Below the pieces are notes generated by a model, which worked only from the letters and a program-made list of their open reading frames with translations, did no database searches and was not told where the DNA came from. From sequence record SRR20825006_1764: DNA of 39,735 nucleotides. One strand, written 5' to 3'. The position numbers were made by a program, and so were the translations under genes. Position 1 is the first letter of the stretch, and each line of letters starts with the position of its first letter. This document shows positions 36,046-39,735 of the stretch, piece by piece.

Positions 36046-36774
36046 TCAGGTGGCTACGAAGTAGCCGGTGATTTGCAGGCCCATGAGGATGAACCCCATG
36101 GACATCATGATTACGTTGGCGGTGTAGGCCTGGCGGAAGAAGTTCGGGGATTTCCTCCAGTAGCCCATGACGATGAGGATCACGGCAAGCGCCAGAAGCT
36201 GGCCCAGTTCGACGCCCACGTTGAACGCCAGAAGGTTGGCCAGCAGCCCGTCCGAGGCGATCTCGTAGTCGAGGATCTTGGTGGCCAGGCCCGTGCCGTG
36301 GAAGAAGCCGAAGATCAGCGTTGCGGCCTTGGTGTTGGGCTGGACGCCAAACCAGCGTTGGTAGGCTCCCAGATTGTCGAGCGCCTTGTAGACCACCGAG
36401 AGGCCGATGATCGCATCGATGATGTAGGCGTTGATGCCCCATCCGAACCAGACGCCCGCGAGCATCGTGGTCGAGTGCCCGATGGCGAAAAGGCTGACAT
36501 AGATGCCGACATCTTTCATCTTGTAGAGGAAGAAGACGACGCCGAGCAGGAACAGGATGTGGTCGTAGCCGGTCACCATGTGCTTGGCGCCGAGATACAT
36601 GAAGGGGATGATGTTTACCCCCCAGATTTCCTGGATATAGCCCGCGTCGCCTTCGGTGACGTTATGGGCAAGCGCGTGACCGGCACTCAGAACGAGTGCC
36701 GACAGCGCAATGAAGGACAGGATCACGATCCGGCGCATGCCGGAATCGGTCCAGCCCCGATGCACTGTATTCAT
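36046..36774 (-). CDS. HupE/UreJ family membrane protein
   Basis: Signal ending AHN; GAKHMVTGYDHILF, GHSTT, FGFFHG and FNVGVELGQ motifs. GGAG RBS before ATG 36774. Confidence 0.88.
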   Translation of the reverse strand: MNTVHRGWTDSGMRRIVILSFIALSALVLSAGHALAHNVTEGDAGYIQEIWGVNIIPFMYLGAKHMVTGYDHILFLLGVVFFLYKMKDVGIYVSLFAIGHSTTMLAGVWFGWGINAYIIDAIIGLSVVYKALDNLGAYQRWFGVQPNTKAATLIFGFFHGTGLATKILDYEIASDGLLANLLAFNVGVELGQLLALAVILIVMGYWRKSPNFFRQAYTANVIMMSMGFILMGLQITGYFVAT

Positions 36775-36835
36775 GGATTGAACTCCGCGTAGTTGTTTGA
36801 TGATTGCTTGCAACGCGCCAATGGCGCGCGGTCGA

Positions 36836-37192
36836 TCAGACGCGCGGAGGTCGTTCGATCAGGTCTATCCGTAACGTGTTCGCCGTGGCCGCACCCAGCC
36901 GCCACGCAGCCCTGTAGATTTCCATGGGATGCGCCGACAGATCGGGGCCAGGGACGACCGCCTGGCTATGATCGTGATCGACGCTGTCGTGGCTGTGTCC
37001 ATGCGAGGCCCAAGCCAGGTCTTCTTCCAGACCGTGCGAATGCCCGTGCTCGGCAATTATTTCCGCGTGCTCCTGAAGCACGTCGAGGATCGCAGGCGTA
37101 TGCGAGGTTGCGGGCATCACCGACCAGACAAGCACGGCCGCGCAGAGAAGCGTCGCGAACGCGGCCTTTCCGATTGTCCGTAAGGTTGTCAT
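36836..37192 (-). CDS. His-rich hypothetical exported/membrane protein
   Basis: Hydrophobic N-terminus, HGHSHG and HGHSHDSVDHDHS, and C-terminal RPPR as seen in small metal-associated proteins. Confidence 0.7.
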   Translation of the reverse strand: MTTLRTIGKAAFATLLCAAVLVWSVMPATSHTPAILDVLQEHAEIIAEHGHSHGLEEDLAWASHGHSHDSVDHDHSQAVVPGPDLSAHPMEIYRAAWRLGAATANTLRIDLIERPPRV

Positions 37193-37247
37193 CAGCTTTG
37201 CCTGCCCGCTCGTCGCTCGCGTGGTGCGTCGTGGCACCATCTTGTTG

Positions 37248-37266
37248 TATCCCCCAGGGGAGGATA
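37248..37266. promoter_or_regulatory. CsoR/RcnR-family operator
   Basis: TATCC-CCCAGGGGA-GGATA: inverted repeat flanking C/G tracts, between the divergent genes. Confidence 0.7.
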
Positions 37267-37276
37267 AGCCTTATCT

Positions 37277-37537
37277 ATGACAAATCCCCCGGTCCATGCA
37301 ACCCATCCCGCCCTGATTGCCCGGCTGAAACGTGCTGACGGCCACCTGCGCGCCGTGATCGAGATGATCGAGGCGGGCAAGCCATGCCTTGAGATCGCCC
37401 AGCAGATGCAGGCGGTCGAAAAGGCCGTCACGAACGCCAAGCGGGCGCTGATCCATGACCACATGGACCATTGTCTGGACGCCGAAGGCTCCGAAACCGA
37501 TCGCGCCGAGCTGCGGACGATCGCCCGATATCTCTGA
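37277..37537 (+). CDS. nreA: CsoR/RcnR family metal-sensing repressor (NreA-like)
   Basis: HATH..LIARLKRADGHL, C.EIAQQ and HDHMDHC metal-ligand motifs. Confidence 0.88.
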   Translation: MTNPPVHATHPALIARLKRADGHLRAVIEMIEAGKPCLEIAQQMQAVEKAVTNAKRALIHDHMDHCLDAEGSETDRAELRTIARYL

Positions 37538-37545
37538 GGTCCGCC

Positions 37546-38865
37546 ATGTTCGACATCCTCTCCGACTGCACCTACCGCCATCTGTTTCTGGCGCAGGTCG
37601 TGGCGCTTCTGGGAACCGGACTCGCGACGGTGGCGCTCGGGCTTCTTGCTTTCGATCTTGCAGGGGACGGCGCGGCGCTGGTGCTCGGCACGGTTTTCAC
37701 CATCAAGATGGTGGCCTATGTCGGTATCGCCCCCATTGCCGGGGCCTTCGCGGACCGGGTGCCGCGCCGCGCGTTATTGGTGACGCTCGATCTGGTGCGG
37801 GCGGGTGTGGCGCTGGCCCTGCCTTTCGTGACCGAGGTGTGGCAGGTCTATGTGCTGATCTTCCTGCTGCAATCGGCCTCCGCCGCCTTCACGCCGACCT
37901 TCCAAGCGACGATCCCCGACGTTCTGCCCGAGGAGGCGCGCTATACCCGCGCACTGTCACTGTCGCGGCTGGCCTACGATCTGGAAAACATCGTCAGCCC
38001 GACGCTGGCGGCCCTTCTGCTCGCGGTGATGTCCTACAATTCGCTTTTCCTCGGCACGGTCCTCAGTTTCGCCGCATCGGCCCTTATGGTTGTTTCGGTC
38101 GTGCTGCCCAGTCCCCGCCCATCCGAGCCGCGCGGTGTCTATGACCGCACTACGCGCGGCATCCGCATCTATCTGGCCACGCCCCGCTTGCGCGGGCTCT
38201 TGGCATTGAACCTCGCGGCGGCGGCGGCAGGTGCGATGGTGCTGGTCAACACCGTCGTTCTTGTGCGCGGCTCGCTCGGCCTTTCGGAAAGTGCTCTGGC
38301 CTGGACGATGTTCGCCTTCGGCGCAGGGTCGATGATCGCAGCGCTGGTCCTGCCGCGTGTTCTCGATGCGTTGCCGGACCGGCCCGTGATGTTCGGCGGA
38401 GCCGCGCTGATGGTGGCTACTCTGGTCGGTCTGGCGTTGACGGTCCTTGGAGCAGGCCTTGGCTGGTCCATCCTTCTAACAGCCTGGTTGCTGGTGGGGC
38501 TCGGATATTCCGCTGTCCTCACCCCTTCTGGCCGACTGCTGCGCCGTTCCGCACACGCCGGGGACCGCCCGGCACTCTTCGCGGCGCAATTCGCGCTGTC
38601 CCACGCCTGCTGGCTTGTGACCTATCCGCTGTCGGGATGGCTGCTGACGGTCTATGGTGTCGTTCCCGCACTGATCGGACTGGCCCTTATCGCCACCTTC
38701 GGAATGCTCGCAGCGCTGAAACTCTGGCCGTCCGGCGATCCCGTTGAGCTTGAGCACACCCACGATAATTTGCCACTCGACCATCCCCACCTAAGGGGAC
38801 ATCGCAGGCACAGCCATGCCTTGATCATTGACGAGAGCCATCCTCGCTGGGCCACGCATTTATAA
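37546..38865 (+). CDS. nreB: MFS transporter, NreB-like Ni/Co efflux, with His-rich C-terminal tail
   Basis: YRHLFLAQVVALLGTGLATVAL, QFALSHACW and tail HTHDNLPLDHPH...HSH. Start at ATG 37546 (GAGG RBS) just after the repressor. Confidence 0.88.
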   Translation: MFDILSDCTYRHLFLAQVVALLGTGLATVALGLLAFDLAGDGAALVLGTVFTIKMVAYVGIAPIAGAFADRVPRRALLVTLDLVRAGVALALPFVTEVWQVYVLIFLLQSASAAFTPTFQATIPDVLPEEARYTRALSLSRLAYDLENIVSPTLAALLLAVMSYNSLFLGTVLSFAASALMVVSVVLPSPRPSEPRGVYDRTTRGIRIYLATPRLRGLLALNLAAAAAGAMVLVNTVVLVRGSLGLSESALAWTMFAFGAGSMIAALVLPRVLDALPDRPVMFGGAALMVATLVGLALTVLGAGLGWSILLTAWLLVGLGYSAVLTPSGRLLRRSAHAGDRPALFAAQFALSHACWLVTYPLSGWLLTVYGVVPALIGLALIATFGMLAALKLWPSGDPVELEHTHDNLPLDHPHLRGHRRHSHALIIDESHPRWATHL

Positions 38866-39011
38866 GCCGCAGCAAGAGACGAAGACTGGACACGGGCGGT
38901 TCGTTTTCATCCATGCGGACATTCGTGCTTCGAGCAAAATTCATCAAAGTGGGCTCGATGCGCGAATTCTCTGCAAGTTTGGCGGACAGAAGCGTTGACT
39001 CTAACATAAAC

Positions 39012-39027
39012 TGTCGGCCCCCCGACA
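39012..39027 (-). terminator. Small hairpin between the convergent nreB and HTH genes
   Basis: TGTCGG-cccc-CCGACA followed by GTTTATGTT on the minus strand. Confidence 0.35.
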
Positions 39028-39038
39028 AAGAGCACGGC

Positions 39039-39735
39039 TTAAGTTGCGACCCTCCACATCCGATACCGCCCCTGCCCCGTCATCTCGTGGATCAGACCAC
39101 GCGCTTCCATCCAAGCAAGGTTGCGCTGGACGGCAGCCCGGCTGGCGCCGATCAGGGCCTCGGCCATCGGAGCGGACACGAGCGGCCATTCGGTAAGTAC
39201 CGCGCACAAGGCCGGGGGCGTGCGGCCGGAAAGCGGGCTCATCTCGGCTTCCGCCCTCGCCGACCATGCCTCGATATCATCGAGGTGACGCATTGCGGTC
39301 AGGCATGCGGTCTCCATCCCGTCAAGCCAACGAGACAGACGGTCAGCGGGTGGGCCACCGGAGCGCAATCCTCCTGCCCCGCCCATGGCCAAAGGCGCGA
39401 AAAGCGCCCCCTTGCCCTCACTGGCCACGATCCGTGCGGCTGTGACCGCCGCTTCCATCCGGTCGCCGTGCTGCCCGAGGCCCGCGAGACTCCAGAGATG
39501 GAAGCCCATGCAAGCGCGCGTGATTGGGTGAAGATCGGCGGCTTGCGCCATGAGATCGAGCCAACCGCCCGCGCGATCCGCGAACGGTTCGGCTTCAACG
39601 CCGAGGTTCTCGGGGTCGCGGCGGTCGAGGAAGGCGGACAGGTCCACTTCCGGTCCAGGGCCGCCTGTAAGACGCCGCACTGCCCATCCGACACGCGCGA
39701 GCGCCGCGGTGTCGTCCTGCACGCCGGACAAGCGC
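39039..39735 (-). CDS. Hypothetical protein with degenerate Fic-like region and C-terminal HTH (DUF1612-like); 5' end outside the window
   Basis: Frame is open to the window edge. C-terminal PLVSAPMA...SRAAVQRNL...EMTGQGRYRMW winged HTH; LHPITRA helix without the canonical HPFxDGNGR. Confidence 0.65.
   Translation of the reverse strand, partial: RLSGVQDDTAALARVGWAVRRLTGGPGPEVDLSAFLDRRDPENLGVEAEPFADRAGGWLDLMAQAADLHPITRACMGFHLWSLAGLGQHGDRMEAAVTAARIVASEGKGALFAPLAMGGAGGLRSGGPPADRLSRWLDGMETACLTAMRHLDDIEAWSARAEAEMSPLSGRTPPALCAVLTEWPLVSAPMAEALIGASRAAVQRNLAWMEARGLIHEMTGQGRYRMWRVAT

Noticed and set aside
38866-39010. Possible MITE or small RNA after nreB
   Set aside because: No terminal repeats or second copy in the window; cannot be supported without a genome-wide search.
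1-39735. CRISPR arrays, tRNA/rRNA, riboswitches, anti-phage defence genes
   Set aside because: No regularly spaced repeats, cloverleaf or rRNA-like sequence, or recognisable defence domains were seen by eye.

Overview
GC-rich alphaproteobacterial DNA (Rhodobacteraceae-like by protein style; plasmid or genomic island is inferred) built from accessory modules. (1) 1-8090: an acyl-CoA catabolic unit with a CaiB/BaiF CoA-transferase, a decayed acyl-CoA dehydrogenase pseudogene that the ORF track misses, an SDR, and a Liv-type ABC transporter with an embedded acyl-CoA synthetase. Its two promoters share an identical 20-bp palindromic operator. (2) 8200-14725: a redox/xenobiotic unit with OhrR-like MarR, GST and iorAB-type molybdoenzyme, a Tat-exported MBL hydrolase with a second OhrR-like MarR, and a cupin. 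(3) 14994-19793: TetR, MFP and RND efflux genes. (4) An intact 811-bp IS6-family element with no target duplication, probably cutting a neighbouring gene. (5) 20919-27928: a DsbRS-like two-component system divergent from dsbD, tlpA, a dsbA-like gene and an L,D-transpeptidase, followed by a Tat alpha/beta hydrolase. (6) 28038-35077: a BigR/SqrR-type repressor divergent from YeeE/YedE x2, persulfide dioxygenase, rhodanese, SulP, multicopper oxidase, SAM methyltransferase and a decayed second L,D-transpeptidase. (7) 35405-38865: NreA/RcnR and NreB-like Ni/Co efflux genes divergent from an uncharacterised His-rich protein, HupE/UreJ and membrane-anchored protein trio. (8) A truncated Fic-like/HTH gene at the right end. 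No rRNA, tRNA or CRISPR was seen. All assignments come from motif recognition by eye, with no database searches.
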